From Planctomycetota bacterium (GTDB taxonomy: Bacteria; Planctomycetota; B15-G4), in contig CBDFJQ010000002.1 of NCBI GenBank assembly GCA_965248575.1, positions 3,232,001 through 3,296,000 on the forward strand: a stretch of DNA of 64,000 bases, in the 5' to 3' direction. The position numbers and the translations under genes are program-made. The notes under the pieces are model-generated. The model worked only from the letters and a program-made list of their open reading frames with translations. It did not search any database and was not told where the DNA came from. Positions 18,798 to 28,250 of the stretch are shown here, piece after piece (positions within the stretch are counted from its first letter, which is position 1; every line of letters begins with the position of its first letter).

Positions 18798-19544
18798 TCA
18801 GGCCTGGTTTTCGAGGCGCTCGGCCAGCCGGTCCAGCATGCGGCCGTGAATCTGGCACACCCGACTCTCGGAGATGCCTTCCTTCTTGCCGATGTCCTTC
18901 AGCGTCAGGCCCTTGAAGTAGTAGGCGTCCACCAAGCGCTGCTCGACGGCGGTGAGTTCACGCCGCACCAGCTCGTAGGTCTCGCGCTTGTGCAGTATGT
19001 CGGAGGGTTCCGGCTGCTCACCCAGGAAGTCGGGGCGGTCATCATGAGACTCGCCTTCCTTGTTCTCCGGGAAGGGCACCATCGAGCTGAAGTGCAACTC
19101 GGAGAGCGCCGAGCGCAGGTTGTCGAGGCTCATCTTCAGGAAGCGGGCCAGTTCGAGGTCCGTGGGGTCGCGCCCCAGCTTCTCGCGCAGTTCGGCGATG
19201 GCTTCGTGCAGGCGTGAACCCCGGTTGCGCGCCTCGCGCGGGATCCAATCCACCTGTCGCAGGAAGTCGATCATCGCGCCCCGCACGCGCAGACGGCAGT
19301 AAGTCTCGAAGCGGGCGTTCTTGTCCGGGTTGAAGGCCTCCACCGACTTGAAGAGGCCGAAGATCCCGGCGCTCATCAGATCGTCGTGCTCCACGCTGCG
19401 CGGCAGGCGCAGGGACAAGCGGTCGGCCACCATGCGCACGAGCGGCAGGTAGTGGATGACCAGCTCGTCCTTGTAAACACGCCGGCGTGTGCGGAGGAAC
19501 TTCCCCCACAGACTCTCGGGCGTGGATGCAGTGGCTCGTTTCAA
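18798..19544 (-). CDS. FliA/WhiG (sigma-28) family RNA polymerase sigma factor
   Basis: YLPLVR, DDLMSAGIFGL, RFETYCRLRVRGAMIDFLRQVDWIPR, LTLKDIG..EGISESRVCQIH; TTG start at 19544 inferred. Confidence 0.92.
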   Translation of the reverse strand: MKRATASTPESLWGKFLRTRRRVYKDELVIHYLPLVRMVADRLSLRLPRSVEHDDLMSAGIFGLFKSVEAFNPDKNARFETYCRLRVRGAMIDFLRQVDWIPREARNRGSRLHEAIAELREKLGRDPTDLELARFLKMSLDNLRSALSELHFSSMVPFPENKEGESHDDRPDFLGEQPEPSDILHKRETYELVRRELTAVEQRLVDAYYFKGLTLKDIGKKEGISESRVCQIHGRMLDRLAERLENQA

Positions 19545-19609
19545 ACGAGGCTTTCCGTACGAGTTGGGGCCCCGGTTCGGAGCGTGCGCGCACTTGCGAG
19601 CACACGGGG

Positions 19610-19633
19610 CCAGTCGACCACCCAGTCGACCAC
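19610..19633. promoter_or_regulatory. Tandem 12-bp direct repeat CCAGTCGACCAC x2 in the divergent fliA/nagZ intergenic region
   Basis: Exact repeats at 19610-19621 and 19622-19633; partial third copy GACGACCAT. Confidence 0.45.
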
Positions 19634-19872
19634 TTCGGGACGACCATGTTGCCATCCGAGTGTGTTGACCGCTCGACATGATTCAAGAGATTCGTGCGCG
19701 CGAACACAGAAACTTTGACGCGCTCTGCGGCGTGCCATCATGCGCGAAGCGTGTCGCAACGCATGCAAAAACACGCGCACGGTCATCGGCGTACATGCTC
19801 GCAATCCGATGGGCTTTGCTAGCCTGCAATCCTTCGCGCACCCCTTCGTTCGCACAGGTCTGAGGACGCGCC

Positions 19873-21336
19873 TTGCCCAACGCATCACGAGAACCACAGA
19901 TTCGGATCGGACAGGTCGTTTGGCCTTGCCTGCGCGCAAGCAAGGGAGAAGCGGGGCTGGACGCACTCTCCGAGCTGTTCGAGCGCTATCCACCGGGCGG
20001 CGTGATCGTGTTTGGTGAGGGAGAAGCACGGGTGGATGCGCTGATCGCCAAGTTGCGCCTACGCATCCCTGGCGACCCGCTCATCGCGTCGGACCTCGAA
20101 CGCGGTTGTGGACAACAAGTCCGTGAATACACCGACCTGCCCCCCGCCATGGCTATCGCTGCCTGCGGTGACGAAGACGCAGCGCACGACGCAGGCCTGC
20201 TGACCGCCCTGGAAGCGCGGGATGCCGGGATCGACGTCGTCTTTGCCCCGGTGGCCGACGTGAACAGCGCTTCCACCAACCCCATCATCGCCACACGCAG
20301 CTTCGGCGACGACCCGCAGCGGGTGGCCGCCTTCGCCTCAGCCTTTGCACAAGGCCTCGATGCAGGGGGCGTGCTTGCCGTGGGCAAGCACTTCCCAGGG
20401 CACGGCAGCACGGTGCAGGACAGCCACGAAGAGCTAGCGCGCATCACCAGCACCGAGGACGAGCTACAAGCCATCGACCTCATGCCTTTCCGCACCCTGA
20501 TCGCGGAGGGCATCGGCGGCCTCATGGTGGGCCACCTGGAAGTCCCCGCCTTGGATCCCGTCGCTGGGCGCCCAGCGACCGCCTCCCCCAACATCATTCT
20601 CGACCACTTGCGACGTCGCTTGGACTACGACGGCCTGGTCATCACCGACGCCCTCGATATGGGCGGCTTCCGCAGTGAACCCGCGGCAGGCCTCGACGTA
20701 CTGCAAGCCGGGCTTGATGTGCTGCTCATGCCTGCCGACCCCTTGGCCACCGCCGAGGCCCTGCACGAGGCCTGGAAGCAACAGCACCTGGCCGATGAGG
20801 TGCTGGACGCCGCCGTGCGCCGCATCGAGGTGGCGCGCCAGCGGATCCGTGGTGCCGTCCCCAGTACGCAACGCCCGGACAGCTCGCTGGCGGAGAACCT
20901 GCTGGCCCACTCCATCACCTGCACCAGCGGGTCGGTGCCGCAACTCGTCCCTGGCGCCCCCGTGGACGTCACGGTCTATGGAGAAGACGACAGCGGCATG
21001 GTCGTCCCCGCCCTGCTCGAGGCCCTGGAGTCCGAGGGCATCCCCCGCGCGCCGGGTGGCCGTGCCATCGGCGTGGTGATCACCTCGGTGCGGGCCTGGG
21101 CGGGCACGGCTCGGCTCGACCCCACGCTGGAGAAGCGCCTGCACTGGGCCGCGCAGAACAAGCGACTGGATGTGGTCATCGTGCTGGGTTCGCCCTATGA
21201 AGCCCTCGATCTCCCGGCGGGGCCGGACACCCTGCTGGCCTACGAGGCCACGCCCACCACGGCCCAACAGATGGTGAGGGTCCTCTGTGGCCGAGCCGAA
21301 GCACCGGGATGCCTTCCCGTGGGAGCACCGGCATGA
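19873..21336 (+). CDS. nagZ: GH3 beta-N-acetylhexosaminidase (NagZ-like)
   Basis: DLERG, FAPVADV, NPIIATRSFG, KHFPGHGSTVQDSH, ITDALDM. Confidence 0.85.
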   Translation: MPNASREPQIRIGQVVWPCLRASKGEAGLDALSELFERYPPGGVIVFGEGEARVDALIAKLRLRIPGDPLIASDLERGCGQQVREYTDLPPAMAIAACGDEDAAHDAGLLTALEARDAGIDVVFAPVADVNSASTNPIIATRSFGDDPQRVAAFASAFAQGLDAGGVLAVGKHFPGHGSTVQDSHEELARITSTEDELQAIDLMPFRTLIAEGIGGLMVGHLEVPALDPVAGRPATASPNIILDHLRRRLDYDGLVITDALDMGGFRSEPAAGLDVLQAGLDVLLMPADPLATAEALHEAWKQQHLADEVLDAAVRRIEVARQRIRGAVPSTQRPDSSLAENLLAHSITCTSGSVPQLVPGAPVDVTVYGEDDSGMVVPALLEALESEGIPRAPGGRAIGVVITSVRAWAGTARLDPTLEKRLHWAAQNKRLDVVIVLGSPYEALDLPAGPDTLLAYEATPTTAQQMVRVLCGRAEAPGCLPVGAPA

Positions 21337-21800
21337 ACCTGGCCCGCTTTCTTCGCGAAGAGCGTGTGGACCTGGTACTCGACGCCGCCTTCGACGAGGA
21401 CCATCCCGCCAGCCTCACGGTCCTCGCCGAACACATGGCCGGCCTGCTCGCCCTGAGCGACGACATCGTCAACGCTTCCAAGCTGCGCAACGATCTCGTG
21501 AATCGTGAGAAACGCGCCCCCTCGCTGCTGGGCATCGGCATCGCCATGCCCCACGTGCGCACCCTCCAGGCCCGCAAGCTGGTCATGGCCGTGGGCTTGT
21601 CCGAGCAAGGGCTCGAGTTGGACACCCCCGACGACGAACCCATCCGTATCGTCATCGCCATCGTCGGCCCGCCCTACGACGACAAGATGTATCTCCAGGT
21701 CTACAAGCGGCTCTCAGAGCGCTTGCTGGAAGAGGGCGCGACGGACGCCATCCTGGGTGCGGAGAACGCCGGTCAGGTGGTGCGCGCCCTCTCGGGCTAG
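21333..21800 (+). CDS. PTS EIIA (Fru/Ntr-type) domain protein
   Basis: REKRAPSLLGIGIAMPHVR phospho-His motif; ATGA overlap with the GH3 gene. Confidence 0.85.
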   Translation: MNLARFLREERVDLVLDAAFDEDHPASLTVLAEHMAGLLALSDDIVNASKLRNDLVNREKRAPSLLGIGIAMPHVRTLQARKLVMAVGLSEQGLELDTPDDEPIRIVIAIVGPPYDDKMYLQVYKRLSERLLEEGATDAILGAENAGQVVRALSG

Positions 21801-21822
21801 GGTCGGGCGGCCGGCAGCCGGC

Positions 21823-23127
21823 CTACTGCCTCATCAGCAGGACCTTCAGTGGCGCCAGCCAGCCTTTGCCCGCGTGCGTTCGTTTCACGTCCTGACACAG
21901 GCGTTGGTAGGCCCATGCGCCCAGGGCAGGTCGGGAGTAGGAGAGGTCCCGCGCCTGTTGCGGATCGGTCGCCAGATCGAACAACTGCCGGCGGCGCGTG
22001 CTGAGGTCGAGCTCCAGGCGCAGGCTGCCTTCAGTCCACGTGAGCGCTGGCAGGGCGCCGTCGCGCAGGATCTCCAGCTGCCCGAGTTGCTCCTGCCCGA
22101 CGTGACCGTCCGGCACGATGAGCGCCACCCCTTGCACGCTGTTGGTGCCTTCTCCCAAGGCGGCTCGGAACTCCAGGCGCACGGCTTCGCCAGCCCATGG
22201 TGTGAGATCGGCGGCAACGGAGCCTGGCCCTGAAGCGCCCGGAACGGAGCGCAGCAACAGGAAGGGCTGCTCCCCGTCGGGCAACGCCCAAAGCTCCAAC
22301 GGGAGGGCCAGCCGCGACAAGACGTAGCGCAGCCCCACGCGCCCCTCCGGCAACTTGAGCGCCACGATCGCGCTGGTGCCTCCGGGCAATTCCAATTCCG
22401 TCAGGGTCTTGCCGTCTGCACCGGAGACGAGCCCCGCCTGCGGGATGTCCAGCGCCCGCTGTTCACCCTGCACAAGCTCCAGCTCTTCGTTCGGGGGAAG
22501 AAAGCGCACCGTGAGCACGCGCGCCGCCAGGGGCAGCTCGCCCTCCACGCCGCTGATGGCGGTGGGCTGCACCTGCTCGAAGATCCACTGCACGCGGTTG
22601 CGACCCGGCACCTGTAACGCCGCCGGCACCAGCAGGCGTACGGCGCCCGTCTGCCTGTCGCGTCGCAGGCGGGTCGAACCCAGGGAGTGTCCGTTGAACA
22701 GCAGCTCCATGCTCTGCTGTGCGTCCGTCTCGGAGGCCATCGCCATGGTCAGGTAGCGATCGACGGGCTCCACAACATCCACAAAGAAGCTGGGCCGCTC
22801 GCCGATCAGATAGGTGAAGGCCGGGGTCTCGCCGGGCCGGGAGAGGACGCCCACGGCCTCGGGGCCCGTGCCTCGCTCAAACTCCACCGTGTGGCGCCGC
22901 CCCCGGGGGTTGGCCAGGTTCACGCGGGCCGTGGTGCGCACGTACTCCGCGAAGCTGTAGTCCCCCATGACGCTGTAGGACGCGCTGAGGGTGCTGTGGA
23001 ACTGCTTCTTGCCCCAGCGGTCGGCGAACACCCACGCAGCCCAGCAGAGGGCTGCGGCCACGAATAGCGCCAGGAGCAGGCGGGCGTCCAGCTTGCCCCT
23101 GCTCTCCCACCCTGCGCTGCGCGGCAT
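21823..23127 (-). CDS. Membrane-anchored protein resembling sulfatase accessory domains but lacking the catalytic core
   Basis: N-terminal TM, beta-sandwich domains (PGRNRV, DLTPWAGEAVRLEF), C-terminal LFDLATDPQQARDL; no (C/S)xPxR. Confidence 0.55.
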   Translation of the reverse strand: MPRSAGWESRGKLDARLLLALFVAAALCWAAWVFADRWGKKQFHSTLSASYSVMGDYSFAEYVRTTARVNLANPRGRRHTVEFERGTGPEAVGVLSRPGETPAFTYLIGERPSFFVDVVEPVDRYLTMAMASETDAQQSMELLFNGHSLGSTRLRRDRQTGAVRLLVPAALQVPGRNRVQWIFEQVQPTAISGVEGELPLAARVLTVRFLPPNEELELVQGEQRALDIPQAGLVSGADGKTLTELELPGGTSAIVALKLPEGRVGLRYVLSRLALPLELWALPDGEQPFLLLRSVPGASGPGSVAADLTPWAGEAVRLEFRAALGEGTNSVQGVALIVPDGHVGQEQLGQLEILRDGALPALTWTEGSLRLELDLSTRRRQLFDLATDPQQARDLSYSRPALGAWAYQRLCQDVKRTHAGKGWLAPLKVLLMRQ

Positions 23128-23142
23128 GTGGTTCCGGATCCC

Positions 23143-24198
23143 CTAGCCGTCCGTCGCCTTCTTGTACAGCGCCCGGGCCTCCGCCACCGGCTCCAGGCCC
23201 GGCACCTCTTCCAGCTTGCTGATGTAGGTGCTGGTCTTGTTGGCCACTCGCTGCCAGTTCTCGGAACCTGGAGTCATGGAGGACTCAAGCTGCGCACGGA
23301 TCTGCTTCCAGTCGTTGATGCTGTACTCGACGATCTCGTTGCGCATCTCGCGTGCCGCCTCGACCTGGTCGGGCCAGGCCAGCGAGAACTCTTCCACGGC
23401 AGCCATCGCTCCCTTGTAGCCGGGGTTCTGGCTGATCAGGCGCAGGTTCATCTCGGCCCGGGTGTCCGCCTCGGTGGGCGGCTTGGAGAGCGAGGCGATG
23501 TCCGAGTAGCGGAACTCGATCGTCTCGATCTCCGAGACGTGGTCGCTGGCGGGGTAGCGGTCCTTGAACTCCTTGCAGCGCTTGAGCAGGTAGCGCGTGT
23601 TGGGAGCGTAGTTGGGCTCGAGGTGCCCCTTGCCGCCGCGCGAGACGTAGTTCTTCTCGACGGAAGCGATCAGCGAGTAGAGGTTCTCCGCGCTCTTGAA
23701 GTTGACGGCCCTGTCGAGATTCACCTTGCGGCTGATCACCTCGGCGCGCTTCTCCAGGGCCTGGCTGTAGAGCGGGCTGTCCTTGCCGACCTTGTCGAAC
23801 TCGGCGATGGCCGCATCGAATTCCCCAGCCTGCATCAGGTCGAGACCGATGCTGTAGGGGCTCGGAGGATCGCCCTTTTTCAGGGCGAAGTAGCCGCCCA
23901 GGACGATCAGCACGGCGACCACCGCGAAGATGGCACCGGCTGCACGATGGTCCTTCTTGCGTGGGGTCCGGCCGCTGGTCCGGCTCCCGGACCGGCGGGA
24001 AGAACCACGTCGGCGACCGGAACTGGAAACCACCGGTGCTGCCTGGGCCTCTTCTTCCTCAGCCTCGTCGTCCTCGGAATCAGACAGCTCGGGAACCACG
24101 ATCGGCTCCTTGCACGTCGGGCACTTCCCACGCCGCCCCGCCAACTCGTCCTTCGCCGTGAAGCTGGCACCGCAAGCATCGCAACTGACCTTGATCAT
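23143..24198 (-). CDS. Zinc-ribbon, single-TM protein with helical extracytoplasmic domain
   Basis: CDACG...CPTCK N-terminus, acidic/Arg linker, TM helix, TPR-like helices. Confidence 0.75.
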   Translation of the reverse strand: MIKVSCDACGASFTAKDELAGRRGKCPTCKEPIVVPELSDSEDDEAEEEEAQAAPVVSSSGRRRGSSRRSGSRTSGRTPRKKDHRAAGAIFAVVAVLIVLGGYFALKKGDPPSPYSIGLDLMQAGEFDAAIAEFDKVGKDSPLYSQALEKRAEVISRKVNLDRAVNFKSAENLYSLIASVEKNYVSRGGKGHLEPNYAPNTRYLLKRCKEFKDRYPASDHVSEIETIEFRYSDIASLSKPPTEADTRAEMNLRLISQNPGYKGAMAAVEEFSLAWPDQVEAAREMRNEIVEYSINDWKQIRAQLESSMTPGSENWQRVANKTSTYISKLEEVPGLEPVAEARALYKKATDG

Positions 24199-25589
24199 GC
24201 AGATCTCCGAGCCGGCTGAGCAGGCGGCAGGAACGTGGGGGCGCTGTAACCGGCGGGAAGGGGTTGGGCGAAACGGATGCCCTCCTCGGGCACCGGCCGA
24301 ACGCCTTCTCCGATGGCTGCAGGCCCGCTAGGCATGGGGGCGGAAAGAGCCGCGATGGACGCAACCAGCGGCGCAGGAGCGGCCCGTCGAGGAGCGGCCG
24401 GCGTCGACGAGGCACCGCGACTGCGACTTGAACCCGCGAGCGCTCCAGCAGCGGCGGCGGGAGCTGCAGCAGCGGCTGCTGGAGCGGGCTCGGGTTCCGG
24501 GGTGCTCTCGGCCACCGGCTCCAGCTCGTCGAGGGGGTCGAGCTCTTCCAGCTCTTCGAGTTCGTCCAGCTCCTCGAGTTCGTCCAGCTCTTCGAGGGCA
24601 GGAAGCTCTTCCAACTGCTCAAGCTCTTCCAGTTCTTCCAGAGCCTCGGGCTCCGCGGCAGCAGCAGCAGCAGCAGCAGCAGCAGCGGCAGCGGCAGCGG
24701 CAGCAGCCGTAGCAGCGCGCTCTGCCTCTGCATCCAGGGCCCTCTGGTCGGCAATGGCCTTCAGGGCGGCCTCGCTCGCGGCACGATCCCGCTCCGCCGC
24801 CTGTTCTGCAACGGATGCTGCCTGCGCGTCACCCTGCGCAGCCTCAGCCATCTCCAGGATCTCGCGGAAGCTGGCGTCGGAAAGGCCGTTCTCCATCTCG
24901 AAGGCCTCCAACTCAGCCACCTGAACCAGGTTCATGGCACGCACCTGATCCAAGGCCTTGGGCTTGGAGAGGGAGATGAAGTACTCGGTGCTGCCCTCCC
25001 GCGCCAACTTCAGGCGGCGAAGGGACTCCAAGTGCTTCCAGCGAGCCCGCTCAAGGGCTTCCTCGAGGTCGGGCGACGGCTCCGCAACGGCCTCTGCGCC
25101 GGTCGGGGCGGAACCCAGGTCGATCTCTTCGACGACTCCGCGGCGACGGCTGGCCTTGGTGGGCGCTTCGTCCTCGTCGAGGAGTTCGAGGTCGTCGAGA
25201 GACTCCAGCTCCTCGAGGTCCTCCAGCTCTTCGAGGCCGTCCAACTCTTCGAGGTCTTCCAACTCCGCCAGCTCGACCACCGCATCACCGCCCGCTGCAA
25301 AGCCCTCGGCACCTTCGGGCTGCTTGTAGAGCAGCATGACTTCGCCGATGCGCAAGGTGTCGTTGTGGTCGAGGTCCGCCATCTCGCAGGCTTCTTCGTT
25401 GAGCTGCATGTCGCCTTTGAGCAGCTTCGCGCGGTAGCCCCACTTCAAGGGCTTGAGCTCGATCCGGCAGCCCAGGGCCGTGGCGTGGTCCAGGACCACA
25501 TCGCAGGAGGGGTTGGAGCCCACGACCACGAGCCCGTCCAGGGGCACGGAGACGGGGCCGGAACCCTGGTTGATGATCAGACTGGCCAT
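24195..25589 (-). CDS. Degenerate FHA-domain protein with acidic (LEE/LDE)n repeats and poly-Ala
   Basis: FHA-like N-terminus (VVGSNPSCDVVL...LDHNDTLRIGEV); two LEEL arrays; 18-Ala tract; ATGA overlap with the next gene. Confidence 0.7.
   Translation of the reverse strand: MASLIINQGSGPVSVPLDGLVVVGSNPSCDVVLDHATALGCRIELKPLKWGYRAKLLKGDMQLNEEACEMADLDHNDTLRIGEVMLLYKQPEGAEGFAAGGDAVVELAELEDLEELDGLEELEDLEELESLDDLELLDEDEAPTKASRRRGVVEEIDLGSAPTGAEAVAEPSPDLEEALERARWKHLESLRRLKLAREGSTEYFISLSKPKALDQVRAMNLVQVAELEAFEMENGLSDASFREILEMAEAAQGDAQAASVAEQAAERDRAASEAALKAIADQRALDAEAERAATAAAAAAAAAAAAAAAAAAEPEALEELEELEQLEELPALEELDELEELDELEELEELDPLDELEPVAESTPEPEPAPAAAAAAPAAAAGALAGSSRSRGASSTPAAPRRAAPAPLVASIAALSAPMPSGPAAIGEGVRPVPEEGIRFAQPLPAGYSAPTFLPPAQPARRSA
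24654..24707 (-). repeat. GCN trinucleotide tract encoding 18 Ala, including (GCA)9 on the + strand
   Basis: Direct inspection. Confidence 0.9.
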
Positions 25590-25741
25590 GAAGTGCAGAC
25601 CCTCGGGGCGAGAATGGGCCCAACATCCTAGCGGAAGCGGGCCTCTCCGTGGGATGACGGCGCTGGACTCGCCACCGCCAGGCGAGCTGTCGGATCATGG
25701 CCCGGTTCACCGACCCCGCGTGGCGGCAAACAGCTCGGGGT

Positions 25742-27418
25742 TCAGCCGGCAGGGAGGGTGTCAGCGTCCATGCGCAGGCGCCGTAGGGATTGCGCTTGCC
25801 ACCAGATGACAGGCAGCAGGAGCAGCGCCCCGAATTCCTGACCTGCTGGCAGCAACTGGACCCCATGCATCACTGCAGCCATGACACCCACCAGCAGGAA
25901 GCCGAGCAGCATGAGCCCCGTACTCTGAGCCTGCTTCGCGGTGAACTGGCGGCTGAACGGGAAGGCCGTGACCGCGATGCGTCGAGCCACCAAGAGCAGC
26001 AAGCACACGGCGAACAGCCCCCCGAAGACGATGTCCATGAGCGGTGCCTGCTCCTCCATCACCTTGGCCGCGACGAGCACCACCACCATCCACGGCAGAA
26101 GGAACGCAAAAGCCACACCCTTGATGACGCCCGAAACGAAGAGCCCAGGGCGCTCCATGGGAGAGGCGGCATACAACCAGGCCGCATCGGGCGTGTCACT
26201 GAAGCGAACCTGCAGCAGGATCATGATCCCGTAGATCACGGGCAGCACCGAGCCCGAGAGGAAGATGGTCTGTCCGCCGCCTCCGTGGGGTGACAGCGCG
26301 GACCAGAGGAACATCACGAAGGGCACCATCAGCAGCGGATAGACGCGGCTCCGGAAGCCCTTCTCGCGTCGACTCAACGCCAGGAACACATCGAAACCCG
26401 CCTGCTCCAGGCCAGGCAAGACGAGCCGCTGCGCCCAACGGCTGATCATGCCGCGCCGAACGACCACATCCCCACCGCCATGATTCAGGGAAGCCAGCCC
26501 CGTGGCTAGACGCGGTCCCGCCAGACGGAGCATGAGCCACAGCGACGCAACAGGCACGACCGCGGCCAGGGAGAGCAGAGCGTAGGCCAACACATCCTGC
26601 CGCCCGGCCAGCACGCCGTACAAACCCCCAAACCAGTAGGGCGGAATCAGGGCCTGCTGCGCGTGGTCCTCCCGGATCCAGGCGTTCACCGTGTCATTCA
26701 TGATCAGGCCCAGGCCCAGGTAGTAGCCACCGAAGACCGCGAAGCTGGCAACCATCTGTGCTCGCAACAGCACGGCAGACAGCCGCTCACCGTCGAGACG
26801 TTGCAACAAGATCAGGAACACGATCATGAGCGCCGACATCACCAACACGCCACTCAGCATCGACAGCACTGGGAACGTGAGCATCCAGAGCAGCGTGTCG
26901 TCGCGCGTGAAACCGACGAGCCACGACGGCAGCAGGAGACACAGGACGGGCACGGCCATGTAGAGCACGAAATGCGCCACGCGGGCCAGCAACAGGGTGC
27001 GCCCACTCACGGGCCGCGGAGCCAGCAGGTAGGCCTCCGCCGGATCGATGAGCGAAGGCAGGTAGTCCGACACCAACAACATGCCCAGCATGACCATGAA
27101 GAAGCCCTGCACCGCCGCCATTGAACGCGTAGCGTCTGGCTCCAGCAGGGCCACTGCGGCGGCAATCATCAACCCCATGACCAGGAACATGAAGCAGGAG
27201 ATCCACAGACCGCCCTTGTCCGGGTTCTGGGGGTTCCGCAGCCCGCCTGTGCGCATGTCGATCCGCAGCCGCGCCTCGAGGATGGCCCTGCAGGCCGCAG
27301 GGTCGGCGCCGAGGCGGCCTGCGACGCCAGCCGCCGCTCCAGCGCTGCGCAGCAGAACTCGCAGGAGCCCGCGATCCCGGGAGACCTCCGGGGCCTCGGT
27401 AGCGCGCTTCCTACGCAT
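25742..27418 (-). CDS. ABC-2 type multi-pass membrane permease
   Basis: About 12 hydrophobic segments, two-fold repeat, LLAPRPVSGRTL; overlaps the ATPase stop; start could be 27439 or 27448. Confidence 0.75.
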   Translation of the reverse strand: MRRKRATEAPEVSRDRGLLRVLLRSAGAAAGVAGRLGADPAACRAILEARLRIDMRTGGLRNPQNPDKGGLWISCFMFLVMGLMIAAAVALLEPDATRSMAAVQGFFMVMLGMLLVSDYLPSLIDPAEAYLLAPRPVSGRTLLLARVAHFVLYMAVPVLCLLLPSWLVGFTRDDTLLWMLTFPVLSMLSGVLVMSALMIVFLILLQRLDGERLSAVLLRAQMVASFAVFGGYYLGLGLIMNDTVNAWIREDHAQQALIPPYWFGGLYGVLAGRQDVLAYALLSLAAVVPVASLWLMLRLAGPRLATGLASLNHGGGDVVVRRGMISRWAQRLVLPGLEQAGFDVFLALSRREKGFRSRVYPLLMVPFVMFLWSALSPHGGGGQTIFLSGSVLPVIYGIMILLQVRFSDTPDAAWLYAASPMERPGLFVSGVIKGVAFAFLLPWMVVVLVAAKVMEEQAPLMDIVFGGLFAVCLLLLVARRIAVTAFPFSRQFTAKQAQSTGLMLLGFLLVGVMAAVMHGVQLLPAGQEFGALLLLPVIWWQAQSLRRLRMDADTLPAG

Positions 27419-28223
27419 CGCTCGCTCCCGACGGCTCATATCCGCCACCTTCTCGCATGGCCGCCAGCACGTCCTGCACCGCTGCCTCTTCGCCGCCGGT
27501 CCCCGTCAACTCTGCAAAGATGTCCTCGAGGCTGCCGCCTGCGCGCGCCGCAGCGAGTTCCTGGTAGGAGCCATCGGCAACGATGTTCCCGCCCGACAGG
27601 ATGACGATCCGATCGCACACCCGCTCGACAACATCCATCATGTGCGAGCAGTAGAAGACCGTCTTGCCTCCGTCAGCCAAGGCGCGGATGAGGGTCTTCA
27701 CCAGGATCGTCGAGGCCACGTCTAGGCCCGAGAGCGGTTCGTCGAGGAACAGCACTTTCGGATCGTGCAGCAATGCGGAGGCCAGCAGCACTTTCTGTCG
27801 CTGCCCTCGAGAGAGCGCACCCAAGCGCGAGTTCATGCGGTTGCCCAGGCCAAAGACCTCCATGATCGCGTTCGCGCGGTGCCGCCCCAAGTCGTCGGGC
27901 AAACCGTGCAGGCGCGACACGAGCTCCAGGTGCTCCCGCATCGACAGCGCGTCGTAGAGCTGCGCATTCTCCGGGACGTAGCCCACTCGCGCCTTGACAG
28001 CCATCGGCTCCAGGCGGACGTCCAGGCCATCGACCTCCACCGTGCCGAAGAAGTCGTCGAGCAAGCCCATCAGGATCTTGATCGTGGTGCTCTTGCCGGC
28101 ACCGTTCGGCCCGATGTAACCCAACACCTGCCCCGGGAACACCTCGAGGTCGATGCCCTCCAACACGGCTTTGAGCGTGTAGGACTTCTTCAATCCGACG
28201 AGTCGGATGGTGGGTGTGGTCAT
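27411..28223 (-). CDS. ABC transporter ATP-binding protein
   Basis: GPNGAGKST, LSRGQRQK, LFLDEP, SH. Confidence 0.95.
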   Translation of the reverse strand: MTTPTIRLVGLKKSYTLKAVLEGIDLEVFPGQVLGYIGPNGAGKSTTIKILMGLLDDFFGTVEVDGLDVRLEPMAVKARVGYVPENAQLYDALSMREHLELVSRLHGLPDDLGRHRANAIMEVFGLGNRMNSRLGALSRGQRQKVLLASALLHDPKVLFLDEPLSGLDVASTILVKTLIRALADGGKTVFYCSHMMDVVERVCDRIVILSGGNIVADGSYQELAAARAGGSLEDIFAELTGTGGEEAAVQDVLAAMREGGGYEPSGASDA

Positions 28224-28250
28224 GCTGTTCCCCCTGCTTACCTCGGGCAG

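Noticed and set aside
19715..19740. Sigma54 promoter (TGGCAC on the minus strand) upstream of the sigma-28 gene
   Set aside because: No GC at the -12 position (GG-N10 is followed by AG)
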